Origin: Octopus vulgaris
Taxonomy: Eukaryota
Direction: 5' to 3'
Assembly (NCBI GenBank): GCA_951406725.2
Contig: OX597824.1
Location: forward strand, 42,408,001-42,472,000
DNA: 64,000 nt
Of the stretch, positions 12,480 through 26,669 are shown in pieces; position 1 is the stretch's first letter; every line of letters starts with the position of its first letter. The notes beneath the pieces are model-generated. The model did not search any database. It had not been told where the DNA came from and was given only the letters and a program-made list of their open reading frames with translations. A program made the position numbers and the translations under genes.

Positions 12480-12775
12480 TTTTCAAACAGAAGTTAAAAA
12501 CTGTCAGAGTTTACGGCACCAGAAAAATGTAATTGAAAAAAAAAGTAACAAGGGCAAGAAAAATTCCGTGCTGCACGGAATTTTGTCAGTGAACAGGTCG
12601 CGGTCGCAAAGCGACGAAAATATATTGACAAATTAAATTTAAATGTTGAAGTGAATCTAACGGTTTTTTGTATGTTCCTTAAATGGCTTATAAACACCTT
12701 CCCCGCTGCAATTGTTTTCGTTCCAGCACACGATCTCAGATCAGGTCACTTGCTATGAAAGTATATCTCAGTAAC
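12480..12775. mobile_element. Probable DNA-transposon terminal fragment
   Basis: Ends in cacgatctcagatcaggtcacttgctatg...ctcagta; contains an 11-bp hairpin aaaattccgtg/cacggaatttt (12560-12584); no partner TIR seen. Confidence 0.3.
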
Positions 12776-12894
12776 AAGGAATTCTGCCGAAATTAGTCAG
12801 CCTTTTTATGTTTTGTATTTTGTCACTTGCTGAATTTAGATGGAGCTAGTGACCTGAATCTTTGTAGGTCCTCTAAAATCGATGAACTTGATAC

Positions 12895-13340
12895 TATAAA
12901 TGTTCCATTTAAATGGATGTAGGTCAACACTGGCGCAAAAAATACAGGCAGAGAAAAGATTCCAGAGTTAGATATTCTGTGGTAGCACTAGCCATAGGGG
13001 TTTGTACGGTGTCACAGGAGTACACAACAAGGGTGATAAGGGAGAGAGAGAGAGACGAGGAGTCGGGGTATCTGAATAGAGTAGGTAAGAGCTAGTCAGA
13101 TCCGAGGAACAAAAGCCATTTTAGAAGCGATAGAAAAGCAGGCCGGCAGGGTGTTTGTTAGTCATTTGACGCTACTCAGTCGAGTGGCCCTTGCCTGGTA
13201 CGATCCAGAATATTTGTGCGCATTTCAGATGTAGGTGCCTTGTAGAGTGACAACAACTTTATAGGAGTTCAAATATAGTAAGGCCCTGAAGAGACAGATC
13301 AGTCTTTGAGACGAGGTCCTTGTTTAAAGATATATCAAAG
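12895..13340 (-). mobile_element. Decayed CR1/L2-group LINE 3' fragment
   Basis: Minus-strand remnants LLFYRF.NGFCSSDL and LWN; shares aaaaatacaggcagaga..aattcc with 48535-48565. Confidence 0.55.
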
Positions 13341-13496
13341 AACAAGCTATAAAAGTTACAGTAAGAAAATAAAATCAAGGAAAAATTCTAAAATGGGTGT
13401 AAAAGGACTTTAACCAGGATGATATTGGATTAAAAGTAATAAGAAACATGTATTGTTCCTACTTTAGACTAATATTCTGCATTATTGATAATGATT

Positions 13497-13682
13497 GCAC
13501 AGTTTTATATTTAAAAGATGCGGAATTATATACATTATTTACGTTATTTACATTTGACGGATATTTGGCCTCATGTTCTTTGTTGTTAATACAACGTTTC
13601 GGCTGATATACCCTCCAGCCTTTATTAGGTGTCTTGGGGAAATTTCGAACCTTAGTTCACATTCCTAAGGTATTTTTCGATG

Positions 13683-13753
<71 letters not shown>

Positions 13754-13769
13754 GTTGTTGTTGTTGTTG

Positions 13770-13824
<55 letters not shown>

Positions 13825-14150
13825 TATCAGATAACAGCATGACTTGCAGGTGGGCCCGTAAATTTTCAGGTTATGCCATCGCTCAGGTCCCTGAATAAGT
13901 TGTTTAAGGATGTGAAGAACCACCCGTGTTTCAGGTAATTATCAACCCCAAAGAATATCTCAACACATATGATGCATTATTCTGCTCGTGATCAGAGATG
14001 CACCATATCGTATTATTATTATTATTATCATTATTATTATTCAGGTCACTGCCTGAAATCGAACTCGAGAATCTTGGGGTTAGTAGCCCGAAATCGAACT
14101 CGCTTGGGGTTAGTAGCCCGCGCTCTTAACCACCACGCCATATGCCTGTG
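13497..14150 (-). mobile_element. Free-standing tRNA-head/(AAT)n/hammerhead module, same family as the PLE 3' end at 58455-58793
   Basis: 13497-13690 is the reverse complement of 58615-58793. 14041-14150 is the reverse complement of the tRNA-like head, with a duplicated B-box/anticodon segment. HHR core mutated to CTAATAA. Confidence 0.85.
13840..14012. repeat. Interspersed repeat inserted in the (AAT)n tract; second copy at 16870-17220
   Basis: ttgcaggtggg...aaccccaaagaat...ctcaacacat...cgtgatcaga.atgcac shared by both loci. Confidence 0.75.
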
Positions 14151-14207
14151 ATTACGTAACTTTTTTTGCCATTAATGATATTAATTAATATATACATATA
14201 TATATAC

Positions 14208-14267
<60 letters not shown>

Positions 14268-15557
14268 CGTGTGCGTTTGTGTGTGTATGTGTGTGTGTCT
14301 ATGGGTTGGTATGTGCATATGAATGCACATACATAGGCAAAAATCGGCAGAGTACAAAGAATGAAATCTGCTACACAAAGAATCTACCTCTACTTCTACC
14401 CGATCCTTTTGCTAGGGATCTATCCCTACCAAAATCTCCCTACAATGATCCAGCAGTGGGGGTTTGGTAAGCCTTTCTAAGTTGACCCACCGATAACTTG
14501 ACTAAAGAGTGAACACGCTTAAGCCATTTAATCTATCTGAAACCTTTCAGAGCACTATCAATCAATCTAACGACATTTGAGTTACACCAGCATTAACAGC
14601 AACTCACTAAACTTCCCCTTTATATCTATCAATCTCTTAATCCCCCTCCAACTCCACCCCTCTTGTCCCTCCACTTCTTCCTCTTCTCTGTCTCAAACAG
14701 CCTCCTTCTGTCTATTTCTCTTTCCTACTTTTTTTCTCTTGTGCGCTCTTTTCCCTTTTTGGCTTCCTACCACACCTATATGCATCAGCGACATTTCTTC
14801 AAGGTAATGAAAATAATCTCTTCACACCCTTTTTTCGTGTCTTTAGGGACCTTTTGAGACGAAGGGTGACTACGACTTTCGTAAATCAAGGTCTTTGGCT
14901 GTTGATACGTTATGAACAGATGGATGCCGCTCCCTCCACCTTAAGGTGTTAATAACAACAACAGCGGCAGCAACAACAACAACAACAATAACAGAAAGAG
15001 GAACAATAACAACGACAACCTTAATTATATTTATTACGAGAAATGCAAAGATATTGGGATTGCTGACGATGATGACGGCAAAAAGAAAAGACGATGAAGG
15101 CAACAATCACTAGCATAATAATAAACATGAACAATCAACAACACAACCACTAGCTCCACCCACCACCACCACCACCACTACTACTACTAACAACAACAAC
15201 GGTAGTGATTAGACATAAAAAATAATTAGTGAGAGGAAAACTATGAAAACAACATTAAAAGGAAAACAATTTCTACCACATTGTTAATAATGAACAACAC
15301 AGAATAACAACAACTACAACAACAATAACAATAACAATAACAACAACATCGACGACATTTAATACAGTTTCAACACCCAGAAATAAAAGAATCGACTCTA
15401 ATAAAGGTGTGCAACATCAGTAGAAAGCACAATAGGAGAAACAGCAGTAAGAATATTGTTTGCAACCAAAGAAAAAAACAAACAAACAAACAAAACAATA
15501 GAAAAATAAATACGTAATGAAAAATGAAAAATAAATAAATAAATGAAACAACAACAA

Positions 15558-15589
<32 letters not shown>

Positions 15590-15948
15590 ACAACAACAAC
15601 AGCAAAAAGAACAACGACAATAATTCCGAGATTATAAGGTGTAGTAGCAAAACGGCAAAATTTATGGGTGAAATAAATAGGATTGGAAATTTGTCGGACA
15701 CAGATAAAAGATTAACAAACAAAACAAAACAAAACAAAACAATCCCCCCCCCAAAAAAGCAAAGAACAAAAGAAAATGCTAAAAGGTTGTTTCGAATGAG
15801 GGTAAAGGCGAATCGTTTCAGTTGGAATATCTCGTTTCGCCATTCTAGTTTCACCGTTTCCGATCGGCGCTGAACAAAACGACCCGTCTCCCCTTCAAAT
15901 AGCAATCCATCACTTCTTACTCGGCCTCCCTTAGACCAGTGGCTCTTC

Positions 15949-16000
<52 letters not shown>

Positions 16001-16001
16001 G

Positions 16002-16038
<37 letters not shown>

Positions 16039-16658
16039 TTGTCCTTTCATCAAGCCATTTCTCTTTCTCCTTCTCTCTTTCCCTCTCCCTAGGTATATAT
16101 ACATACACACACACACAAACACACACATATGGTATGGGTGTATATGAATGTATATATTTGTATATATATATATACATTTTTATGTGCATATGTGTGTTAT
16201 TTTTATCTCCCTCTCTCTCTCTCTTACACCAACACTCTCTCTTACACCAACATAAGTCTTCGCTCCTTTTTCTGACCCCTTCTCGAACTAACCCTTTAAC
16301 TATTATTCTAAAGTCTCTCTCTCTCTATTTTTAAGTAATCCATCTTGCAGACACATTGTCCGTGACCCGTATTTGCTCTCTTTCTTTCTCTCTCTCCCTC
16401 TCTTTATCTATCTCATTCTCGCACTCTTTCTCCCTCTCTCTCTCTCTTTCGCTCTCTCTCTTTCTCACTCTCCCTCCCTCTCTGTCTCTGTCTGTCTATC
16501 TGTCTCTCACCCTCTCTCTCTCTCTCTCTCTCTCTCTTTTCTATGTCCCTGTGTCGCATGCGCGCGTGACATCGTGACCATATAAACACCTTCATGAATA
16601 CAATATCAGCTACTATAGATGTTTGTTGCAGCTGTAGTGCTACAACTACTGCTGTTGC

Positions 16659-16694
<36 letters not shown>

Positions 16695-16696
<2 letters not shown>

Positions 16697-16825
16697 ATCC
16701 TTTCAACTGAAGGCACAAGGCCTGAAATTACATCGACCCCAGTGTTTCACTGGTACTTAATTTATCGACTCCGAAAGGATTAAAAGCAAAGTCGGAAATT
16801 AAACTCAGAACGTAGCGACGGACGA
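16695..16825 (-). mobile_element. SINE family B fragment
   Basis: catcgaccccagtg..ctggtacttaatttatcgac..gaaaggat..aagtcg. Confidence 0.8.
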
Positions 16826-17254
16826 TAAGGGCACATCAGATACATGCATCACAACTATATGTATACAATATTTACTTGCAGGTGGGAGCCCAGTTAGAAT
16901 TTTCTTCTGGTTGAGACAATCCCGCTCAAAAGGTCTGAATCAAAAGTTGTTAAGGCTGATGAACAAAACACCCGTATCTCCAGAGGAGAATTAATCAAAC
17001 CCCAAAGAATCCCTCTCAACACATGGCTATGATGCTCCCCTACTACTTCTGATCGTGATCAGAAATGCACATATCGTCAGCCACTTAGGAACACGTTCAA
17101 CAGGTTAACGACAAACAAATCTGAGGTATTGAGCAGAATATTTGCTCTAGCCTATCTTTTACACCAGCATAAAGCATGTACATGATAGCACTTCTAATCA
17201 GTTAAGATCAGAAGCCATGTATTATTATTATTATTATTATTGTTGTTCTTTGTG

Positions 17255-17602
17255 ATTTGACTCAGGTCTGTTCTTATTCTTTGTAGAATTTATGTGAGTA
17301 GCAGGTTACTCCCTATAACCTTAGATATACACAAGCTTTCAGTAGACCTTCAAGTACTTAAAACCCTCCTGATAATTTTTCCTTTCTCTAAGAGGCAAAC
17401 TTTCTATAGAAGCTCTATAAGACATTGTATTCTAATCTCCTACAACAATTTGTCTATACCCTTACTCACATTTCCTAATGCATCAAATATTATAGGTATA
17501 ACTTTCTTACTCCAAATTCTTACAATTTCCGAATATAAGTCATTGTATTTTTTTAGCTTTTCATCTTCTTTCTTTACAATCATGGAATCAAACGGACAGG
17601 AT
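17255..17602 (-). mobile_element. R4/Dong-like 3' end (RLE C-terminus + 3' UTR)
   Basis: Minus translation CPFDSMIVKKEDEKLKKYNDLYSEIVRIWSKKVIPIIFDALG...KVCLL; flanked by (ATT)n and (TTC)n. Confidence 0.85.
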
Positions 17603-17808
17603 GAATCAACTAGTAACTCATTCTTCTTCTTCTTCTTCTTCTTCTTCTTCTTCTTCTTCTTCTTCTTCTTCTTCTTCTTCTTCTTCTTCTTCTTCTTCTT
17701 CTTCTTCTTCTTCTTCTTCTTCTTCTTCTTCTTCTTCTTCTTCTACTTTTTCTTTTTCTTCATCTTCTTTTTCTTTTTCTTCTTCTTCTTATTATTATTT
17801 TTATTATT

Positions 17809-17846
<38 letters not shown>

Positions 17847-18404
17847 TATTATTATTATTATTATTATCATTATTAATATTATTATAGTTATTATTGTTAT
17901 TATTATTATTATTATTATCATCATCATCATCATTATTATTCCAAAACCTGCCTAAGTCGAGTTTTTTTGGCTTCTGTTTTATGGGTCGATGGAATAAAGT
18001 GTCTGCCAGATTAACTGTCATCTCTTTACCAAAGAATATGTGTGAATACGTGTCGCAATTATTATTAGGATTATAGATTAAAAGAAAGATTTGAGCGTTG
18101 GTCAAAACGACAAAACGTGTGGCTGCATTTAATTAGGTCCTTTTTTTTTCAACTTTTAAATCTTACGAAAGTTGTCTTTACTTATAAACGTCCCAAAGTC
18201 GATAAAACAGTTTAGACGTTGAAATTAATACTGAGTTACGGTGATGTACTAATATCAGCAATCATTAAAATGCAATGATTCTAATGATAATAAATTTTAA
18301 ACAAAATACCGATTGCTGGAATAGTCTATAGAAGGCTATGAAGACCTAAGTAGTTGTAGAAGCATCTAATAAACCGAGAAGCTACCGTAAAGTATAATTA
18401 CGAT

Positions 18405-19041
18405 GACTTTGTTGCCTCATAACTTTCGAGAAAATGGATACTTTTTTAAAGAAATTTTCTAAAAATACGTTTGAGATGAAGTAGATTTCGATTATATCGG
18501 AATTTATTGCAAAGAGAAAATGTTCGGAGGCAAGTTAGAGAAGTTTCAGATAATTCACACACGCTGCGACTTTGTTTCATCATAACTTTCACATTTATGT
18601 TGAAGAAAAATTACTTACGGAGAATATTCTGCGCTTTCCCTTCTGGAATTAGTTAAACGAATATCTTTTAAAACCTGATATTTTTCCAGGCCAATAGCTT
18701 ATCGAACAGCCATACTAGTAAATTCCTCTTTCATGATTTTTGTTTTTAAAATTATGCCGGTATCTCGGGAAAATTTCATTTTATTAAAAAAAAAATATTC
18801 ATTTAATAAATTCCAAAAGGGAAACGATAGAATAGTCATCAAAAGTAATTTTTTTCTTCAATATAATTATAATCTACATCATCAAAGCATAAGGATTCAA
18901 AGTTGATATGCGTGAAATATCCGCTGCGACACTTTTTTATACTTAGCTAATTCTGATATAATCGCCATTATGTGAAGCGTATTTTCAGAAAATTTCATTA
19001 AAAAATACCTATATTTCAGACAATTATGCGAAAACGAAGTT
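18405..19041. mobile_element. Large diverged foldback, about 640 bp (non-autonomous DNA element)
   Basis: 18405-18505 pairs with 18947-19041 and 18592-18700 pairs with 18750-18870; internal direct repeat gactttgtt..tcataactttc at 18405 and 18568. Confidence 0.65.
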
Positions 19042-20134
19042 GGGTGGGAGCACATTTCCGTAATTATGCCAATATACGCAACGTTCTTTACATGGGTATA
19101 TATAAAATTCATTCATTCCGTTTATTGATTTTCTGCTAATAGTCCCAACTAATTTCTTATAAGAACACTCTCACTAAGTAAAAGTTTCGATTAGATTAAT
19201 TAAGATGTACCTTCTTACATTCCAATGTGTTTAGTTACCACATTAATCGATTTTAGGGATGTTAAGCTTATTTTTATTAATCTATGTTCCTAATATAACT
19301 CACGAGCCATTTTTACTACATTGATGAGAAGGGGGGTTTTTTCTGGTTATAAATAAACGTGCTCGCTTCTTCACTTTTTATGTACTTATCACTTTAAAAT
19401 AAAACACTGCGCAGTATACCATTTATAGTGAAGTTTGACAACAATCTACCTCATTCTAGTTGACGACGCAAGTACTTACAGAAGTCTAATGTGAGTTAAA
19501 TATATGCACATTTTGTTTATATTGATATCTTCAAGATTTATTCTCCCCGTTTATATATTTCAAACAGACGTTGTTAATAGTTTCAATAAATTTCTAGTTA
19601 TTTACAGAGCGCTCTCAGTAAATAATAACCACATTAAGACGAATTAACATGTGTCTCTAGATACCATACATACGTACACACACATTCTCATATACATACA
19701 CACACACTTTATAATTCCATTTTGTCGTAGCAGGGTTAATAAGGAATTCTAAAAACCCGGTACCAACGTACTTAAACTTAAATCGTTTCGAGTCACTTTT
19801 TGCATTCGACTTTACGAGTTTTTTTTTTTTTTTTCAAGAAATTAATGGAAAAAAAAGATAGACTCAACTTCAGTTGATTTATTCGACTTTGCAACGACCA
19901 CAGCGAACGTATTTAAAAGCATAAAAATTAAGAAAAATAAAAGGTAGAAAAAAAATAAAAACCATTACTGAAGCTGATAATGAAATCAATTATTAAAATA
20001 GATATAAGCTAATAGAGGTAAACTAATAAAATTTTGAAAATGTTTTTCCTTGTCACGTCGTCTGTTGAGTTAAATTGCATGTCTTGGAACTCATTACCGA
20101 CGGAAGTCCAAGCACGCTTGTATGCACACACACG

Positions 20135-20227
<93 letters not shown>

Positions 20228-20329
20228 ATTATTAACGACATATACTTAATGTATAAGTTTTGTGCATTTTCCAGTGGTTAGCAATAGCGTGGTGGGGTAT
20301 ATACTCTCAAATCACTGGGTTTAAAACAC

Positions 20330-20538
20330 CCCAGAGTCATGGACAGCCGGATGGCGAACACCGGATGCTTCGCCATTTCTGCGGCTTTTAAATATCACGT
20401 ACCCACTAAGGTTGAAGGCAAGTTCCCCAACAAGACCACGACTTATATGCTCATGGCTTGTAAAATCAGAAATCGAAACCACAATCTTGCGATCATATAT
20501 CCAACACCCCTAACCACTAAGCCACATGCCTCCACATC
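20330..20538 (-). mobile_element. tRNA-derived SINE (family C-like head)
   Basis: Reverse complement gtggaggcatgtggcttagtggttagg...ggtttcgatttc. Confidence 0.65.
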
Positions 20539-21744
20539 CGTATTTGAGAATGTATAGTAATTGGAAATATCTTAATCGTTTCGAATACACTTTAGGTATC
20601 CCCTATCAAATGGTGTCGAAATGTGGTATTCAAGATATTGATATACATTAAGGTTGAAAGTAAAAAAAAAAAACAAATATTTTATCTCGTATATTTGACT
20701 GTATATGACAGAGAAACAATCTGATATTTCAGTGAAGCGACTGATCCCTAAAACATATTCAACAAGTAAATTAAATATGTGTGTGTGTGCATGTGTGTGT
20801 GTGTGTGCGTGTGTGTGTGCGTGTGTGTGTGTGCGTGCGTGCGTATTTACTTGCGATTGTGTATGTATGCCTGTTTCAGAGATGCGAAACACAAAAGCTC
20901 AATTTGTAATGAAGTGTCTGCAACATTCCATTATTTGCCATGGTGCCATTTCCTGTATGCTAAAACTAATTTGGTTTCATTGAAAGACGCGCTGTTGGTC
21001 AGGAAACAATTGAAAAGAGTTGACTAGCACGTTTATTTGGAACAAACACCACCTCATGATGTTTTGGAATATTAATTGCATGATGGATGGAGAATATTCT
21101 ATATGACTAACAAATGGAACAATGTTTCATACAGTTAGAAAATACTGTAAGTTAGACAAAATATAATGCCCCGGAGATTGTTGAACTTAAGATACGGTGA
21201 GTTAAAAGCCAAAACCTCGAGATTGATGGATTATTGCATAAGGTCCTTAGCGCTATGTCGACTACAATTCAATTACAACATACAGAAATAACAGATGTCA
21301 ACACGCTGCTAAGAATCAATCTTTAGAATTCCAAACCTTTTGGAATTGATCAACAAAACAACTGGTGAGATGATAGCACATCACTGAAGCGTGGTGAATT
21401 GGAAAGAAATCATGCGGAACAATTATGATTATGACATATACGCATTTTCTTTTAAAATGGATGTTTTCTAAAAATAAAAAAAAGTTTTCTCTGTGAGTAG
21501 CATACATGTGTCCATTTATATATTCATCTCACGTTGGTAATAATTCTTTCTTTGAAGTGGTTATATCTCTTTGCAATATAAAATCAGAGAAGACAATTCA
21601 AGCATAAAATTTTTGCTGTTTTATATGGAAAAATTTTAATTCCAAATTCCTGTAGAATTGCCTTTTATTCTGAACCACCACCACCACAAAGGCCAAAACT
21701 CTTCAAAATGGAGAAGAATGAACAAGATGGATTTCAGTGCCTGT

Positions 21745-22230
21745 CTCGACGACCTGCCGCAACTCTTGGCTAGATATACGGATTGTTGCAAATAGACCAC
21801 TGAGATACGGAATGTGATGGATCATTGTACAAGTAGGAAATCGTCATTTTCGGATGGTCTGCCCTACGAGCTTTATTTTTGTATGTTTGGAGAGCTCTTG
21901 GTAAGAATTTAGCGCAATCGATGAGTAGAAGAGTGATAGTGCTTCTGAGAGATACCCCAAACAAGGGGGCCCACATTGATAACTTTTGGCCTACATCTCT
22001 GTTCAACGAAGATTTCAGAATTTTGGCCAAGATATTAGCAAAGAGGTTGACGCTTATAGTCAATGGACTAACTAGTGATACACAAAATGTTCTCAGGGCG
22101 ACCGGTTTCGGTCCTGTCTTGCGCGGGTAGACTGTCACAATTCCTGATGTTTGCTCAGTGATTCGGGTGAATGATCACTGAGCGAAGCTTTTCAGTATCA
22201 TGCGCTCGGTCTGAAGAGGTTGTTAACTCT
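21745..22230 (+). mobile_element. L1/Tx1-clade reverse transcriptase fragment
   Basis: SDGLPYELY...IVLL..PNKG..IDNFWPTSLFNEDFRILAKILAKRL (RT N-terminal motifs). Confidence 0.85.
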
Positions 22231-22604
22231 CGTCCCTTCTATGGCATCAGTAGTGGTGGTGTTAATGGTGGTGGCAGTGGTGGTGATGGTAGTGGTGGTG
22301 GTGGTAGAGCGACCACATAAGAGCTTCCTCACTGGCTCGTATTAAGAGTGATGTTGATGACAAGGTGTGATGATAAAGAAAAAGGAGGTGGAGGAGGAAG
22401 AGAAGTATTATTTTCCTGTAATAAGCGTTTTGTCGTTCGTGAATATTAGTGCGTAGGTCCTTTCACTAGGGCTAATAAGAAACACGGACATTCCCAAGAT
22501 ATTTTGAATCATGTTTGAAGTCTGCTTTTCATAAAATTACACCCACCTACTCTACGAATAAAATTCTACACATTCTCTTTCCCTCCACTTCTCCCGCCCA
22601 CTCA

Positions 22605-22636
<32 letters not shown>

Positions 22637-22655
22637 TCCCACTCTCGTTCTTTCG

Positions 22656-22695
<40 letters not shown>

Positions 22696-23592
22696 CATCT
22701 CGTCGTTCCGCGCTCTTTATTCTTACTGCCTCATTCTCTTTTTCTCATTTTCATTACCTCTCCCTTCTCTCACGTCTATTCCCACAGATCTAAAGATATT
22801 TCTCAAAACTTCTCTCCCCAAGAATCTGTCATCAATTTATTAACGTGTCTTTAGATTTTCTTTTTCTGATCTCTCGTTATTCTTTTTTTTTTTTTTTTTG
22901 CTTTTTCTCCACCCAAAATATCAACGTCTTCAAAAACTACATCCCTGAAGAACAAAGAAAGAAAGAAAGAAAGGAGGAAAGAAAGACGTCCTTGAGGTAA
23001 TTTTATTGCATATATATATATCTATATATATTTATATATGTGTATATATTATGTATGTATGTACATTTACACACACACACACACACACATGCGCATATGC
23101 CAATATATGCAAGTATGCACAGATACATATATGTGTGTGTGTGTGAATATGTGTGTATCTATATGTCTGTGTTCGCACACGTTCATGTGCATGCTTACGT
23201 GCGCATGCATGCATGCATACGCGTGCGTGCGCATGTATCTATGCGTACGTTTCATTAAAAATTATTGCGACCTGCTCATGCACACACGCTCCCACTATCA
23301 ACAGTACCGTACCTTAAACACACCAACACGCAAATCACATTATTCTCATCAGCAATATCGACTCAAACACCCCACCGAACCCGTCCCCCACTATTCACCT
23401 ACTTCTCTTCTCTACAGACAGACAACGAACCAACTTCCTTTAATCAACTTTCAAATATTTTTTTCCTTTTTCTTACCTTTTTTCTTACTTTGCCGCCAAA
23501 TCATCTAAGCACAGTTTTTCCTTTAATTTTATTATTATTATTATTATTATCATCATCATCATCATCATTGTTGTTGTTATTATTATTATTAT

Positions 23593-23644
<52 letters not shown>

Positions 23645-23663
23645 GGTGGTGGTGGTGGTGGTG

Positions 23664-23733
<70 letters not shown>

Positions 23734-24233
23734 AATTTTGTGGGGGTCTGATATCTTACTATCACTTACATTTTCAGATCTTTTAGATTTTCATGTAATT
23801 ATGCCATATAATTGTATTTCTTTTGTTTAGTTTTCGTAAATATCTCTGTTTCATCTTTGATTTACACAGAAGGGAAGAAATATGTGTGTGTTAGTATATG
23901 TACCTCAGAGCTCGCACGTGTGTGTGTGTGCATATTTTTGCAGCAACGAACGTACATACGCACATATTTTATTTTTCGAATGCATTTTTTTCCCCATCTT
24001 CAATTCCAAAATAACTTGACTTCAGATTGGCAGAAAAATAAATTTCTGTCGATCAATTCCAGTGAGATAAAAACCTGAGACGAAATCAGTTTACTTATTA
24101 GATTAGAAATGAAATGTATTCCGACAATTGTAAGAAAATAATTATATAAATTATATACATGTATGTATGTATATGCTTATGTATTTTCATATATGAATGT
24201 ATGCGTTTATAAGTGAATGCATGTATCTATGTA

Positions 24234-24289
<56 letters not shown>

Positions 24290-24501
24290 GACATATATAT
24301 ATGTATATGTTTATATATATATATATATTTTGCATATGCATATATATATATATGCATACATGCATATACATGTACATATATATATATGTGCATACATATA
24401 TATATAATATATGTATATATATATATATATGCATATATATTCTACTTATTTGTTTGTGTGCACGCATGTATCGATGAAACTATGTATATTTGCATACATA
24501 C

Positions 24502-24581
<80 letters not shown>

Positions 24582-25290
24582 TTATGTATGTATGTATGGG
24601 AATGCATATATGAATCTGTATGTATATATGTATGTATCAATTTTTAAAAAATACATGTATATATACAGAGAGAGAGGGGAGGGAGAGATAGAAGGAAAGA
24701 AAGAAAGATGACAACGTTTATGGTAATTCCCTCGAAACCTGCCTGTCCCCCATAATTTTTCTCCTTCCCATATTTTTTCTAGTATTTAATAGTTGTTGTC
24801 TAGCCTAGCGGCTCTTTTAATTACGATAAATTTCGAGAAAAATTCCCTACTATTGGAATGATGAAATGATAGAACGATGGAATGACGGATTGGCTGAATG
24901 AAATTATTAGACTGTTTCCTTTTTTATTATTTCTATGCTTTAAATTTCACTCTCTTTTTCTTGCCTATAAGAATTATTTTAGTGTTCATACGTACTTACA
25001 TGTCTACATTTATAAACATATATATACATTCACACATACAAACATATGCACATATATGTACACACACACACATATATACATATATATGTATATATATATA
25101 TAGGTATGTATATATGCATATATCTATACATATATATGCATACATTTATATGCGTACCTACATACAAATGTTTATATAGAAAGATAAATGAATATATGAT
25201 ACACACACACACACACATACACACACATACATATATACATATCGATAGATAGATAGATAGATAAACAGACAGACAAACAGACGGACAGAC

Positions 25291-25356
<66 letters not shown>

Positions 25357-25361
25357 GTAGG

Positions 25362-25401
<40 letters not shown>

Positions 25402-25406
25402 CAGAG

Positions 25407-25477
<71 letters not shown>

Positions 25478-25917
25478 GACGGATAGAAGAACAAAACTAC
25501 CAATGATTTGTATACGCAAATACAATGCTCGCCTGTAATTGCATACTTGAAGACTGGAAGAAATCACCCTCGAATTCTAACATGCCTTAAATACCAGACC
25601 TGAAGGCTGTTTTGTGCTGTGAAATACCGTACATGCCAAAATATAATGCAACGTTAAAAGGAGAAAAGACGTGTAGTTTATAAATGTTAGAAAAGGGATA
25701 TTTTTTTCTAAATACTGAAACAAAGAGAGTAATTATTCACAAAATGACTTCAAATTTTCAAATGAACAGCCCCCTCCACCTCTTTTGCCATAAATATATT
25801 ACGTGTATTTCTTTCTTTCTTTGTTTCTCTCTGTCTCTCTGTCTATCTACTTGTCTGCGTGTCTGCATTGCAATATGCGTATGTATGTACTTGTGTCCTT
25901 TTACACACACACACACG

Positions 25918-25949
<32 letters not shown>

Positions 25950-25989
25950 CTTGTATGTGTACGTGTCTTATAGTATATGTTTTTGATTG

Positions 25990-26039
<50 letters not shown>

Positions 26040-26186
26040 TGTATATATAGACATACATACATATATATATATGGATAGATACATAAAACGATTGATGCAC
26101 ACACAGACATACAGGCAGACAGACTGGTAGATAGACAGACATACAGACAGACAGACAGACAGACAGACAGATAGATAGATAGATAT

Positions 26187-26252
<66 letters not shown>

Positions 26253-26264
26253 ATAGAGAGAGAT

Positions 26265-26349
<85 letters not shown>

Positions 26350-26414
26350 ATGCCATGCAGTATTTGTTGTTCCTGCGCTAGGTGCTGAGAGGACATTTTC
26401 TTTTATTCTTTCAG

Positions 26415-26580
26415 AATCACGTGATCGATGAATGAAGCGTCCATCCAAATGCAGAGGACAAATACTTCTTTTCGTCTTCTCTCTACCTTTTTATTCTCTG
26501 GCGCTTCCACTTGAAGAAATCCGATGTTTATCGGAAGCAGAGATTTTCGGGCCTCGCCAGGTTTCAAATGATTAAGATAT
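26415..26580 (+). other. Candidate exon (probably UTR/non-coding)
   Basis: Acceptor ttttcttttattctttcag| and donor |gtgagt around a non-repetitive island; stops in all three frames near its 5' end. Confidence 0.35.
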
Positions 26581-26669
26581 GTGAGTCTGTATAACTTCAC
26601 CATGAGTTGAGCACTCAAGAAAAAAACCCATATATACACATATAAGCAGGTGCTCGTGACCATATCTGT

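Noticed and set aside
15780-16590. Core promoter (TCAGTT near 15817; GCATGCGC and TATAAA near 16556-16586)
   Set aside because: Motifs are short, not in a coherent arrangement, and unsupported without TSS data.
20060-20120. WNSLPTEV peptide resembling a CR1 C-terminus
   Set aside because: Too short and without flanking LINE similarity.
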